DNA of 64,000 nt from Candidatus Bathyarchaeia archaeon (GCA_038867895.1 JAWBXL010000008.1:43-64042); one strand, 5' to 3'; numbered from the stretch's first letter, positions 52,672 through 62,932 are shown. Numbers and translations: made by a program. The notes: generated from the sequence alone by a model not told the origin.

Positions 52672-53097
52672 CTAGCCACCTCCGGCAGCGCTAGAAACTT
52701 CTGGCGCCGCCTCCGCCCCCTCCAGCTTCTTGCCCAACCTCCTCTCCAGCATTGCTCTCCTAAATTTATCATCCAAGTTTAACTTTATAATTTCAACGTT
52801 AGAGGGATTTATTGGAACAAGCACGGTTGTTCCATCAACCTTTTGTCTAGTTATGCCCTCAATATAAATGCAGTATTTCTTTCTATCGACCCTCGTAACC
52901 TTTCCCTCAACACCCCTAAAATCGCCCCTCATAACCTTCACAACATCGCCTGTTCTTATTGGGAGGGATCTAGTCCCATATGTTTCGCTGAGCCCCTCAG
53001 ATAAATGTGCGGACATAATCTTTCCACGCAGGTGGTACGGCGCATTATATAATTTCTTTCTCTGTTTGCTCGGCTTAGCTGAGGTGCTTCTAGTCAT
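52672..53097 (-). CDS. rpl24: 50S ribosomal protein L24 (uL24)
   Basis: KOW motif region [18 protein letters not shown] and operon position. Confidence 0.9.
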   Translation of the reverse strand: MTRSTSAKPSKQRKKLYNAPYHLRGKIMSAHLSEGLSETYGTRSLPIRTGDVVKVMRGDFRGVEGKVTRVDRKKYCIYIEGITRQKVDGTTVLVPINPSNVEIIKLNLDDKFRRAMLERRLGKKLEGAEAAPEVSSAAGGG

Positions 53098-53108
53098 GAA
53101 GTTCCCCC

Positions 53109-53549
53109 TTATATTATTATGCTTGCCGCACTAGCTATTCTTGGCCACCTCTCGGCAGCCTCCCTAGCGACGGGGCCATGCACCTCGGAGCCACGCATCT
53201 CGCCCTCAGGCGTTATTATGACTGCGGCATTATCCTCAAATTGAACCCATATTCCTTCAGGCCGCCTGTAAGGCTTCCTCTGCCTAACGAGTACTGCATG
53301 AAATATTTTTTTCCTCATGTCAGGTGTCCCCCTTCTAACAGATACTACTATTAAATCGCCTACAGCAGCCGCGGGGACCCTTCTGCGCCTACCCTTATAT
53401 CCAACAACTTGGACGACCCTTAGCTCCTTAGCTCCAGAGTTATCTGTGCACTTGATTATTGATCCGACATTAACTCCCCTACTTATTTTCACTCTAGGTC
53501 TTCCGGCGCCTTTGGCCTGTAGTCCCCTAGTCTTAGCTTTAGCCGCCAC
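53109..53549 (-). CDS. rpl14: 50S ribosomal protein L14 (uL14)
   Basis: [13 protein letters not shown] and the conserved C-terminal half. Confidence 0.9.
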   Translation of the reverse strand: MAAKAKTRGLQAKGAGRPRVKISRGVNVGSIIKCTDNSGAKELRVVQVVGYKGRRRRVPAAAVGDLIVVSVRRGTPDMRKKIFHAVLVRQRKPYRRPEGIWVQFEDNAAVIITPEGEMRGSEVHGPVAREAAERWPRIASAASIII

Positions 53550-53550
53550 T

Positions 53551-53877
53551 TTAATGCTCCTCCTTCCTGCCCATTTTCTCCACTACAACAAAGGCTACGG
53601 TTTTGCTTATTGGCCTGCACTCAGCTATTTTAACGATGTCGCCCTCGGTTGCGCCTATGCATGGGGGATTATGAGCTGATATCCTACTATGCCTCCGCTC
53701 ATAGCGCTTAAACTTTGGCTCGTAATGTGCGTAATCACGCCTAACGATAACTGTTTTCTGCATCTTAGCACTCACAACTACACCCTCAAGTATCCTACCC
53801 CTAATTCTTAAGGATCCGTGGAAGGGGCAATATTCATCATCACATGTTTTATCAGGCGGATTAATCTTATATGACAT
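53551..53877 (-). CDS. rps17: 30S ribosomal protein S17 (uS17)
   Basis: CDDEYCPFHGSLRIRGRILEGVVVSAKMQKTVIV conserved archaeal uS17 N-terminus. Confidence 0.9.
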   Translation of the reverse strand: MSYKINPPDKTCDDEYCPFHGSLRIRGRILEGVVVSAKMQKTVIVRRDYAHYEPKFKRYERRHSRISAHNPPCIGATEGDIVKIAECRPISKTVAFVVVEKMGRKEEH

Positions 53878-54162
53878 TTACCAACGCCTCCTAATAACCC
53901 TCTTAACTCTATCTTCAGGACGGCCCACAAGAGCCTTACCATCAATCTCAACTATGGTTTTATCAGGTAATGTAAAATGGAAAATGCAATTCTCCTTAAT
54001 TAATATTTTCTCCCTATGATCCCTGCAGAGAACTCTAAATGTATTCTTGGTCTCATCAATAATGATTCCAGATAGACCGACACAACTCGGGTTAGTGCAT
54101 TTAGCAACCTTAACCTTTAATCCAATAAACTCGTCTTGGAGAATATATTTCAGGTCTCTCAT
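53878..54162 (-). CDS. rnp1: RNase P protein component 1 (Rpp29/Pop4)
   Basis: 94-aa Sm-like protein (GL.G.IIDETKNTF) in the canonical archaeal slot between L29 and S17. Confidence 0.8.
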   Translation of the reverse strand: MRDLKYILQDEFIGLKVKVAKCTNPSCVGLSGIIIDETKNTFRVLCRDHREKILIKENCIFHFTLPDKTIVEIDGKALVGRPEDRVKRVIRRRW

Positions 54163-54371
54163 CTTTTAATTCCCTTATCCTCTTCACTATTAACTGTTAA
54201 TATGCGGGCGATCGCCCGCTTAATCTCCCTTATCCTAGCTGGCTTATCGATCGCTCCCCCAGCTTTAACAATCATCCTCAGCCTAGTGAGCTCAACACGT
54301 AGCTCAGTCAGCTTCTTCTCCCGCTCTTCTTGGCTCATTCCCCTAATCTCCTTAACCCTTAAAATCGCCAT
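54159..54371 (-). CDS. rpl29: 50S ribosomal protein L29 (uL29)
   Basis: LRVKEIRGMSQEEREKKLTELRVEL pattern and operon position. Confidence 0.85.
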   Translation of the reverse strand: MAILRVKEIRGMSQEEREKKLTELRVELTRLRMIVKAGGAIDKPARIREIKRAIARILTVNSEEDKGIKR

Positions 54372-54390
54372 ATTCGATCACCCCAAAAAC

Positions 54391-55029
54391 CTAAGATTCA
54401 CTCTCCTCGCCTTCGGCAACAGTCTCTCCCTCTTTTTCCTCAGGGATCTCAATCTCGTCTGGGAATTTAACATTTGGCTGGACTATGAAGACTTGGATTC
54501 CAAATATGCCTGGTTTAAGCTGGACGTGCGCAACTGCCTTTTTAACATATTTCATTGCTGGATCACCGCTCTTCGGTATATATCCGCTCCTAAACTTTTC
54601 CGATCTAGATCTCTCAGTTCTAAGTTTACCGCTAATAATTATCTCTGCTCCAAGAGCGCCCGCCTTCATTATCTGGTTTAGCGCCCAGAAACCAACCCTC
54701 CTAAAGTGGATTCCACGCCTAAGGGCAGCAGCTATCCTAGAAGCCATGACATACGGATTTAATTCTGGAACCTCTATCTCAACCACCGAGATCTGCGGGT
54801 TTGGTAAATTAAATTTCTCTTCAAGGATCTTAGCGAGATTTTTAATGGTTTCTCCACCACGACCTATAATTAGGCCGGGGCGCACAGCGTGGATGGCAAC
54901 GTTCGTGCCAAGCGGGGTCTTGGTTATCTCAACCCCGCCATAACCGGCTCTCTCAAACTCTCTCCATAAAAACTCATCAACTTCAGCCCTCTTGATAGAT
55001 TCCTTAATAAAATGTTTTACATAAGCCAT
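54391..55029 (-). CDS. rps3: 30S ribosomal protein S3 (uS3)
   Basis: KH domain GLIIGRGGETIKNL and the conserved C-terminal domain. Confidence 0.95.
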   Translation of the reverse strand: MAYVKHFIKESIKRAEVDEFLWREFERAGYGGVEITKTPLGTNVAIHAVRPGLIIGRGGETIKNLAKILEEKFNLPNPQISVVEIEVPELNPYVMASRIAAALRRGIHFRRVGFWALNQIMKAGALGAEIIISGKLRTERSRSEKFRSGYIPKSGDPAMKYVKKAVAHVQLKPGIFGIQVFIVQPNVKFPDEIEIPEEKEGETVAEGEESES

Positions 55030-55038
55030 TTATACCCC

Positions 55039-55497
55039 TCACTTCACCTCTTGTAGAACTATCTCAACGTGGCATAATGTCTCGAACCTTGGCGTTGCTC
55101 TGCCAAACGCCCGTGGCCTATATCTTCTTATTTTTACACCGGGATATGCAGACGCGTGGATAACCTTGAGTTTCTCCATGTCTAATCCCTTGTATTCGGC
55201 GTTTGCCTCAGCGCTCTCCAGAACCTCAAGTATTTTTGAGGCCGCCTTAACGGGGTATCTGCCAGCCCCTCCTAAACCCCTCCTATGTGGAAGCTTCTTT
55301 TTATATCGCCTATATAGAACAGCAGTTTTCTTAGCGATAACTTTCCTTAGAAACTCTTTCGCCTCCTCAAGCATCATGCCTCTTATTGCTGAGCAAACCT
55401 CCCTAGCGGCTTTAGGCGATATTCTAAGCTCCCTACCACCAGCTCTAGCCATGGTTGCATGATCATACATTACTATTGAATAGCCCCATTCAGGCAC
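55039..55497 (-). CDS. rpl22: 50S ribosomal protein L22 (uL22)
   Basis: A.A.GRELRISPK.AREVC.AIRGM pattern. First gene of the operon in this window. Confidence 0.9.
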   Translation of the reverse strand: MPEWGYSIVMYDHATMARAGGRELRISPKAAREVCSAIRGMMLEEAKEFLRKVIAKKTAVLYRRYKKKLPHRRGLGGAGRYPVKAASKILEVLESAEANAEYKGLDMEKLKVIHASAYPGVKIRRYRPRAFGRATPRFETLCHVEIVLQEVK

Positions 55498-55573
55498 AGT
55501 TCATTCACCGCTGCTTGTTGAGTTACAAAAATATTATAGATATTTATAAGAATTTCCTTAGTATTTCTCGGGT

Positions 55574-55858
55574 TTATCCTCCGCCTATAACCGTCATTAA
55601 TGTTATTGTATCACCATCCTTAAGCATAATGCTGTCGCTCTCGGCAATCTTTATTGAAGCTCCGTTCAATGCCGCTATTAAGGTTGGGTCAGCAAGGCTC
55701 TCGCCTAAACTGCCAATAATATCCCTGAGTGACGGGTATTTCTCAGCCACCTTAACGAGAAGATCTTTAAGTGAAGATTTATCTACTAGATCGTAATCTT
55801 CTTCTCCCCTACCAGTTTTTTGTCTAACAACGCCTAGATAGATAACTCGTATCCTCAT
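55574..55858 (-). CDS. MoaD/ThiS-family ubiquitin-like small protein (SAMP-like), C-terminal Gly-Gly
   Basis: Beta-grasp-sized ORF ending ...TLMTVIGGG. ATG 55858 is preceded by GAGAGG. Confidence 0.7.
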   Translation of the reverse strand: MRIRVIYLGVVRQKTGRGEEDYDLVDKSSLKDLLVKVAEKYPSLRDIIGSLGESLADPTLIAALNGASIKIAESDSIMLKDGDTITLMTVIGGG

Positions 55859-56002
55859 GAAACCTCTCAAAAAGAAATATCTGTAAAGTAAATTTAAGTT
55901 TTCCTAAAATTAGGCTAACCGTCATATCCACGTATATACCCATATAATCTAGGCGGTGGAAAGTATATTTACCTCAAAACAGTAAATATTCCTTGAGGTC
56001 TA

Positions 56003-56560
56003 GTGTTGCCAAGCATGTCTGAGGAATGTTACTCAAGCATAGAGTTTTCAGACTTCATATTTGAGAACAATTTTGTTACTGTAATCGCTGTTAAGAGCGT
56101 TCCAAAAATTGATCTTGTAGGTTTCTCTATAGGACCATTTGATGAGGGGCATGAGTATGAGGTTAGGTTCTGGGTGGCGCGGGAGCTAGAGAGGGATAAG
56201 CTAGTTAGGATTAAGGAGAGTGGGTTTGACGCTGCTAAGATCTATAAAATTCAGTGGACTGAGCGTATTCAAGCTCTTGGGCAGCTCTCAACAATTCCAG
56301 AAGACTTTTACCCCAAAATTAGGCGGGTAATCGCTGATCTTAGGCAGTCTTCTAGAACAAGCCCAGAGAAATTAAGGGAGTACGAGCATATCCTAAATCT
56401 GGTGCATGATATAGTTAACTGTAGGCTTAGGAAAATCATATCCCTAGCAACAATCTCAACTCCAGAGGGTCACGCCCTGAAGAATCTCACTCCCGAGGAG
56501 AAGGCTCTCTATGAGCGGATAAGGCAGATAGTGGCCGAGTGGAGATCTAAAATAATTTAG
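56003..56560 (+). CDS. GINS complex subunit (Gins23-like by position upstream of mcm)
   Basis: 185-aa helical/beta protein directly upstream of mcm (11-nt gap), the arrangement known from Sulfolobus gins23-mcm. The sequence-level assignment is weak. Confidence 0.65.
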   Translation: MLPSMSEECYSSIEFSDFIFENNFVTVIAVKSVPKIDLVGFSIGPFDEGHEYEVRFWVARELERDKLVRIKESGFDAAKIYKIQWTERIQALGQLSTIPEDFYPKIRRVIADLRQSSRTSPEKLREYEHILNLVHDIVNCRLRKIISLATISTPEGHALKNLTPEEKALYERIRQIVAEWRSKII

Positions 56561-56571
56561 GAGAGGTTGGT

Positions 56572-58614
56572 GTGACCGAGGTTATTGTTGAGAAGCCCCT
56601 TGAAAAATTTGGCTCATTGTTTAAGACCCCTAAGTATCGTCAGAGAATAGCCCAGATAGCCCTTAACGCATCAACCTCAGTTATAGTTGACTTTGAAGAT
56701 ATTCTAATGATCGATCCCTACTTGGCGGACATGCTGCTTGAGAAGCCGCAGGAATACCTATCTTATGCAAGTAACGCAGCTTTCGAGCAGCTTGAGTTCG
56801 AGGTTAAAGATTATGCCGAGAAGATAAGGGAGACCGGAGTTACCGTTAGAGTTCGCGGGTTGCCACGCGTAACGTCGCTACGCAAGTTGGGCTCAGAGCA
56901 TATAGGTAAGCTAGTCATGATTGAAGGCATAATAATGCGGGCGTCGACTGTTAGGCCAATTGTAACATTAGCCATCTTTAAATGTAAGAGCTGTGAGGCT
57001 AAAATAGATGTTCCGCAGAGCGGGGCCTTTCTAACATTCCCATTTAAGTGCGCTAACCCAAGATGCGGGAAGAAGGGGCCTTTTGAGTTCATTCAGGAGG
57101 AATCTAAGTTTGTTGATTATCAGGAGCTTCGGATACAGGAGTACCCTGAGGATATTCCGCCTGGGCAGACTCCCCGCTCTCTCGACATAAGAGTTGTTGG
57201 TAAAGATATTGTTGATACCGCGAGGCCCGGGGATAGAGTATATATTGTTGGTATAGTTGGCGCTGAAGCAGCATCATACCCTAGAACTGGCAAGAGCAGG
57301 GCCTTTACGCTATACTTGGACGCGAATTATATTGAAACTGCGAGTAGGGAGCCTGAGTCGCTGCTAATAACGCCTGAGGAGGAGGAGCAGATACTCAAGC
57401 TGGCAAAGGATCCAAGCGTACACCAGAAGATTATCCAGTCCATTGCGCCATCAATCTACGGTTATGAGCATATTAAAGAGGCAATTATGTACCTTCTATT
57501 CAGCGGGGTTCCGAAGCACCTCCCGGACATAGCTGTCAGGGGAGATATACATGTGTTGCTTATAGGCGACCCCGGCACAGCCAAGTCGCAGCTTCTACGT
57601 TATGTTCAGAGGATTGCGCCGAGAGGCTTATACACGAGTGGAAGGGGAACAACCGCAGCCGGCTTAACTGCGGCTGTTCTCCCATCGCCTACTAGCGGGA
57701 TGACCCTTGAGGCGGGCGCCCTTGTCTTAGCGGATAAGGGCATTGCATGCATAGATGAGATTGATAAGATGAGGAATGAGGATAGGGTTGCCATACATGA
57801 GGCTATGGAGCAGCAGACTGTTTCTGTTGCTAAGGGCGGAATAGTTGCGACATTAAATGCGAGGGCCGCGATACTGGCCGCGGCTAACCCGGCCCTGGGG
57901 AGATATGATCCCTATAGAACCGTCGCCGAGAACATTTCCCTGCCAATAACGATACTGTCTAGGTTTGATTTAATCTTTGTCTTAAGGGATGTTCCGGAGA
58001 AGGAGCATGATGCGAGGATGAGCGAGCACATGCTTAAGCTACATGCTAAGGAGGCCCCGCCAGCAGAGCCGCCTATACCGCCAGATCTTCTTAGAAAATA
58101 TATTGCCTATGCCAGAAACAATGTTAGGCCAGTTCTAACTCAGGAGGCTATGGAACGCCTAAAAGAGTTCTATCTGACTATGCGGTCAGCGAGTGAGGGT
58201 GAGGGGACACCGATCGCGATAACGGCCCGTCAGCTTGAGGCTCTCATAAGGATAGCTGAGGCTAGGGCACGCGCAGCCCTAAGGAATGTTGTTCTTCCGG
58301 AGGATGCCGAGGCGGCCATAAATATTATGAGAAGATCCCTTGAGGAGGTTGGGGTTGATGTTTCTTCGAAGAAGTTTGACATCGATATTATTATGGTTGG
58401 TAAGCCGAGGAGTGTTCAGGATAAGCTGCGCGTTATATTGAGCATGATTGTTGATATGGAGAAGGAGAGTGGGATGGTTAATAGGGCTGATCTGCTTGAG
58501 AGGCTTAGCAGCGAGTATGGTATAGCTAGAAGTGAGGCTGAGAAGCTCATTCAGCAGCTGATCCGCGAGGGAACACTTTATGAGCCAAGAAGTGGATACT
58601 TAAAGAAGACGTAA
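56572..58614 (+). CDS. mcm: minichromosome maintenance (MCM) replicative helicase
   Basis: Zn motif CKSCEA...CANPRCG, Walker A GDPGTAKSQ, Walker B CIDEIDKM, arginine finger SRFDLIF and a C-terminal wHTH. 680 aa, no intein. Confidence 0.95.
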   Translation: MTEVIVEKPLEKFGSLFKTPKYRQRIAQIALNASTSVIVDFEDILMIDPYLADMLLEKPQEYLSYASNAAFEQLEFEVKDYAEKIRETGVTVRVRGLPRVTSLRKLGSEHIGKLVMIEGIIMRASTVRPIVTLAIFKCKSCEAKIDVPQSGAFLTFPFKCANPRCGKKGPFEFIQEESKFVDYQELRIQEYPEDIPPGQTPRSLDIRVVGKDIVDTARPGDRVYIVGIVGAEAASYPRTGKSRAFTLYLDANYIETASREPESLLITPEEEEQILKLAKDPSVHQKIIQSIAPSIYGYEHIKEAIMYLLFSGVPKHLPDIAVRGDIHVLLIGDPGTAKSQLLRYVQRIAPRGLYTSGRGTTAAGLTAAVLPSPTSGMTLEAGALVLADKGIACIDEIDKMRNEDRVAIHEAMEQQTVSVAKGGIVATLNARAAILAAANPALGRYDPYRTVAENISLPITILSRFDLIFVLRDVPEKEHDARMSEHMLKLHAKEAPPAEPPIPPDLLRKYIAYARNNVRPVLTQEAMERLKEFYLTMRSASEGEGTPIAITARQLEALIRIAEARARAALRNVVLPEDAEAAINIMRRSLEEVGVDVSSKKFDIDIIMVGKPRSVQDKLRVILSMIVDMEKESGMVNRADLLERLSSEYGIARSEAEKLIQQLIREGTLYEPRSGYLKKT

Positions 58615-58636
58615 CTTATGGAGAAAGGCCGAAGCC

Positions 58637-60874
58637 TTGCTCATAGAAGACCTTGATGTACATCCAAGCGTAAAAGAAATCCTCTTGAAGGAGGGCATAA
58701 AGGAACTTTTTCCACCGCAAGCCGAGGCAGTAAAGGCTGGCGTGCTTGAGGGTATAAACCTAGTTTTAGCTAGCCCAACAGCCTCTGGTAAAACTCTGAT
58801 CGCGGAGCTATGCGCTCTGAAGCATGTACTGGAGAATGATGGAAAAGTTTTATATTTGACGCCCCTAAGGGCCCTTGCAAACGAGAAATATGAGGAATTT
58901 AAGAAGTATACTGTTATACGAAAGCCGGATGGAAGGAGCATAGGTGTAGGCATAAGCACCGGAGACTATGATAGTAGTGACCCGTGGCTCGGAAAATATG
59001 ACATTATAGTTACGACCAATGAGAAATGTGATTCGCTGCTCAGGCATAGGGCTCCATGGATAAGCGAGGTTTCGCTCGTCATTGTCGATGAAGTTCATTT
59101 AATCAATGATGTTGAGAGGGGACCAACATTAGAGGTCGTTTTGGCTAGACTATCTCAGGTAAATCCGGGAATTCAGATACTGGCTTTAAGCGCGACTATA
59201 AGAAATGTAGATGAGATATCTGAGTGGCTTAACGCTAAGACAGTAACAACCGATTGGAGACCAGTTAAGCTCCGGGAGGGAATATTATATAATGGCGAAA
59301 TTCAATTCAGGGACGGCGGCTCCATCAAGATCGATAAGGTTGTCAGGGATCCAGTAATAAACTTGGCTGTACACTGCGTTAAGCAGGGTGGGCAGGCGCT
59401 TGTATTTGCATCCTCAAGGAAGAATGCTGTTAGTATTGCAAAGAGGGCCTCTCAAGAGATAAGTCAGCTGATACCTAAGTCCATTAGGCGCTCATTGGAG
59501 AACCTGGCTGAGGAGATACAGGCTTCAGGCGAGAGAACTAGGCTCAGCGACACTTTGGCCGAGCTAGTTAGGAGCGGTGTAGCCTTCCACCACGCTGGCT
59601 TATCCGGAGCCCACAGAAAAATAATTGAGGATTCCTTCAGGGAGGGAAAAATTAAGGTTTTAACTGCGACCCCAACCCTTGCCTTCGGCGTAAACCTTCC
59701 CGCCAGAATGGTTGTAATAAGTGATTATAGGCGCTATGAGCCGGGATACGGCTACTATCCAATTACTGTTCTCGAGTATAAGCAGATGGTTGGTAGGGCT
59801 GGGAGACCTAAATATGATAATGTTGGGGAGGCAATATTGATTGCTAGGAGCGAGGATGAGAGGGACTACCTTTTAACGAGCTATGTTCTCGCTAAGCCAG
59901 AACGCATATGGTCCAAGCTTGGTGTCGAGAAGGTTTTGAGGAGTCATGTTCTCGCGACGGTAGCCTCCGGCTTCGCCTACTCAGAGCAGGGGGTTTATGA
60001 GTTCTTTGCAAAAACTTTGTATGCTTATCAGTATAGTCTCGATGAGATTAAGGGGAAAATACAAAGGATACTAAAGTTTCTCCATGATGAGGGCATGTTG
60101 AAGGTGGAGGGCGACTTTCTTAGGGCGACGGAGTTTGGGGAGAGGGTCTCACAACTGTATATTGATCCACTCTCAGCTATAATAATCCGCGACGCCCTAA
60201 AAAGAGGGGCTCAAAGGATAACCGATATAAGCCTGCTCCATATGATAGCGCATACGCCCGACATGTCTCCGAAGATTAGGCCATCCTCAGGGGATATTGA
60301 TAGGATCGCCCTCTTCGTGGACGGGCACAATGATGAATTCATGTTTAAGGTTCCTGAAGAATGGGGTGACAGGATAGAATATGAGGAGTTTCTAGGCGAG
60401 GTCAAGACCGCGATGGTTCTAAAAGCCTGGATGGAAGAATATAGCGAGGATCAGATAATTGAGCGCTTCGGCGTTGAGCCGGGAGACCTATATTATCTGA
60501 CGGAAACGGCCAGGTGGCTTCTATATTCCACCTATGAGCTCGCGAAGCTCCTCGGACACAAGAGCCTATTACCAAGGATTGCTGAGCTCATTGAGCGCGT
60601 TGAGAAGGGGGTTAAGGCCGAGTTGCTCCCAATCGCAAGGCTTGAGGGCATTGGGCGAGTTAGGGCCCGCATACTCTACAACGCCGGGCTGAAGACAATA
60701 GAAGATTTAAAGAGGGCGCCAATAGAAAGGCTAATGTCCCTGCCACACATAGGTCCAAAGACAGCAAAAAGAATTAAAGAGCAGGTTGGCGGAACAATAA
60801 GCCAGGAAGAATGGAAGAAACTGAGTGATGCGGCCAGCCAACAGGAACAACAATCTTTAACAGACTACCAATAA
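58637..60874 (+). CDS. hel308: Hel308/Ski2-like DNA helicase
   Basis: SF2 motifs ASPTASGKT, DEVH, SAT and HHAGL, plus a C-terminal ratchet/HhH region. 745 aa, TTG start. Confidence 0.9.
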   Translation: MLIEDLDVHPSVKEILLKEGIKELFPPQAEAVKAGVLEGINLVLASPTASGKTLIAELCALKHVLENDGKVLYLTPLRALANEKYEEFKKYTVIRKPDGRSIGVGISTGDYDSSDPWLGKYDIIVTTNEKCDSLLRHRAPWISEVSLVIVDEVHLINDVERGPTLEVVLARLSQVNPGIQILALSATIRNVDEISEWLNAKTVTTDWRPVKLREGILYNGEIQFRDGGSIKIDKVVRDPVINLAVHCVKQGGQALVFASSRKNAVSIAKRASQEISQLIPKSIRRSLENLAEEIQASGERTRLSDTLAELVRSGVAFHHAGLSGAHRKIIEDSFREGKIKVLTATPTLAFGVNLPARMVVISDYRRYEPGYGYYPITVLEYKQMVGRAGRPKYDNVGEAILIARSEDERDYLLTSYVLAKPERIWSKLGVEKVLRSHVLATVASGFAYSEQGVYEFFAKTLYAYQYSLDEIKGKIQRILKFLHDEGMLKVEGDFLRATEFGERVSQLYIDPLSAIIIRDALKRGAQRITDISLLHMIAHTPDMSPKIRPSSGDIDRIALFVDGHNDEFMFKVPEEWGDRIEYEEFLGEVKTAMVLKAWMEEYSEDQIIERFGVEPGDLYYLTETARWLLYSTYELAKLLGHKSLLPRIAELIERVEKGVKAELLPIARLEGIGRVRARILYNAGLKTIEDLKRAPIERLMSLPHIGPKTAKRIKEQVGGTISQEEWKKLSDAASQQEQQSLTDYQ

Positions 60875-61003
60875 ACGTTTAAAGCATGGATAAGACTGAA
60901 AAACTTCTCAGTTTTAAGGGTCAGGAAAACAAAAAATATTTGCGTGATTAACTTAACAATAATGCTATTGATATAATCCTATGTATGAAAAATTCAGCTC
61001 AAT

Positions 61004-61294
61004 ATGCTCGGGGGTGATCCCGTGTCACTTGGCCTTAAGGGCATCGTACTCAACTATAGACTCGGCCTAAGAGAGCAGTATCCGCGGGAATGTATACTCC
61101 AGTTCCCAGGAATTAACTCTAGGCGTGAGGCGGGGCAGATTATAGGCCGAAGGGTCTCATGGACTAATGGAAAAAAGAATACTATAGTGGGCGTGATAGT
61201 TGCACCACATGGAAACAAGGGCTTAGTAAGAGCTAGATTCAAAAAGGGGTTACCGGGACAAGCCCTTGGAACAGAAGTGAAGATAATCGGCTGA
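61004..61294 (+). CDS. rpl35ae: 50S ribosomal protein L35Ae
   Basis: KGIVLNYRLG......ILQF.G........G..V.W....N.I.G.I...HGNKG.VRARF pattern. GTG 61022, preceded by GGGGTGATCC, is a plausible alternative start. Confidence 0.88.
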   Translation: MLGGDPVSLGLKGIVLNYRLGLREQYPRECILQFPGINSRREAGQIIGRRVSWTNGKKNTIVGVIVAPHGNKGLVRARFKKGLPGQALGTEVKIIG

Positions 61295-61454
61295 AAATAA
61301 GGCTTAGAGCAGAGAGGAGAGGCTAGAATCGAATACAGATCAGAAAAAACAAAAACAAAAAGCATTTTCTCCAACAAAGATTAACTTATAGTTACGGTAT
61401 AAGACTACTGAGCTGCGCAATACTCTCTAAGTGGACTTTTCTCTCCCTATATTC

Positions 61455-62033
61455 TTATTTGCAGAGCGCCCTCATTACCTCCCTCGCCAATAATCTCGCT
61501 ATTCTAAGCGGCTCCGGCACGGCACCATGAAGTGTAAACTTATTCAGTACGCCCCTCGCCTCCTCTAGGCTCATTCCATAAAACCTTATGTACACATCAA
61601 ATCCAGTATGAAGTCTTATGGTGGTTCTAGATCCATTTTTACGGTAAACCTCTATTCTCTTCTCGCAGTCTTCTGGAAAGAGCTCCATGAAGTATTTCTC
61701 TAGGCCAGGAGATTCCTCGTATGTTACGCAGATCAGTGGTAGGCCAGTTTCCTCATAAACCCTCTGTAGATCAATCACATTATACCAGCTTATCACGCAT
61801 CCATTAAGCATCAAAACGTTTATGTCATCCCTTCCCAAAGCCTTACACATTTTTATAATGGAGTCAGTTGCATCCATCCCGCCGACCGTGGCCTTCGAGA
61901 ATGTGAATCCATCGGTTATCCGATCGCTCCTCAGAACCACGCCAGCTAAAATAGACTTCTCACTAAATCCTTTAATGAAACTCTCAGATACTCCAAGCGC
62001 TCTGAAAGCCTTTTTATGGATATGTAGGCGCAA
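61455..62033 (-). CDS. DUF99/UPF0215 family protein (endonuclease V-like fold)
   Basis: ALGVSESF......LAGVV.R.D...DGF.F...TVGG.DATD pattern typical of archaeal DUF99. Confidence 0.75.
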   Translation of the reverse strand: MRLHIHKKAFRALGVSESFIKGFSEKSILAGVVLRSDRITDGFTFSKATVGGMDATDSIIKMCKALGRDDINVLMLNGCVISWYNVIDLQRVYEETGLPLICVTYEESPGLEKYFMELFPEDCEKRIEVYRKNGSRTTIRLHTGFDVYIRFYGMSLEEARGVLNKFTLHGAVPEPLRIARLLAREVMRALCK

Positions 62034-62060
62034 TGAAGAGCACCATCTTTATAATAAAGT

Positions 62061-62768
62061 CTACTCTACAGCGAAGTAAACGCGCTTATGGAGTCTACCC
62101 TTACTCTCAATCCTAAGCAGCCTTATCTGGCCGACCTCCCTAAGACTCTTAACATGCGTCCCACCATCAGCCTGCTTATCCACACCTACAATCTCAACTA
62201 TGCGTAGGCTAGGTATCTCGGGCGGAAGAGCCTTAGCCATCTTAACAATCCCCGGGATCTTCATAGCCTCTTCGCGCGGCAGTTCATACCATACTACGGG
62301 AATATCTTGTCTAAACAGTTCATTAGATTTTTCGACGCATTTCATAATTATCTTTCTATCCATCTGTTCTAGGTTGAAGTCGAAGCGAACCTTATCCTCC
62401 TCAATCTGATTTCCAGTAACAAGCGCGCCTGTCTCATTGCAGACTAATGAAGCAAATACGTGGGCCGCAGTATGGCTACGCATAAACTTATATCGTCTAT
62501 CCCAATCGATTACGCAGCGGACACAATCCCCAACCATCAACCCCTCCTTATCAACCTCATGCAATATCTCATTGCCAACTTTGGCGACAAAAATAACATT
62601 AAAGATATCATTGTCACGAATTATCTTGCCAGTATCATGCGGCTGCCCACCGCCCCCAGGATAGAAGATCGTTTGATCCAACACTATTTTTCTTCCATCA
62701 ACAACCTTAACAACGGTTGCCTCGTACTCCTTAAGGTAACTATCCTCTAAATATAAGGCCCTAGTCAA
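62061..62768 (-). CDS. alaX: alanyl-tRNA editing protein AlaX (AlaX-M type)
   Basis: Zn-binding HTAAHV motif and GGTHV motif of the AlaRS editing domain. 235 aa. Confidence 0.85.
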   Translation of the reverse strand: MTRALYLEDSYLKEYEATVVKVVDGRKIVLDQTIFYPGGGGQPHDTGKIIRDNDIFNVIFVAKVGNEILHEVDKEGLMVGDCVRCVIDWDRRYKFMRSHTAAHVFASLVCNETGALVTGNQIEEDKVRFDFNLEQMDRKIIMKCVEKSNELFRQDIPVVWYELPREEAMKIPGIVKMAKALPPEIPSLRIVEIVGVDKQADGGTHVKSLREVGQIRLLRIESKGRLHKRVYFAVE

Positions 62769-62932
62769 ATCGCGCGCCCCAAAGGGATAAAGATCAAATT
62801 AAAATTTATACCTTTAGCCTATGAAGGGCCAATAAACGAAGATTCTAGAATTAGTGGAAATGCCTTTTTTCGCTTAACCGCTTTCAAATGTATACTTTGC
62901 AAACTGAAAAATGTCTTTCATCCTCTCTTTTT

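Noticed and set aside
48654-55796. Plus-strand ORFs across the ribosomal operon (48654-49025, 50189-50425, 51497-51736, 53317-53679, 54136-54681, 54485-54943, 55166-55462, 55455-55796)
   Set aside because: All lie antisense to conserved ribosomal protein genes or the MoaD-like gene and carry no motifs. These are typical shadow ORFs.
12358-58614. Inteins in reverse gyrase, aIF5B or MCM
   Set aside because: All three have normal lengths (1192, 594 and 680 aa). Their P-loop and catalytic motifs are continuous, with no Hint/endonuclease blocks.
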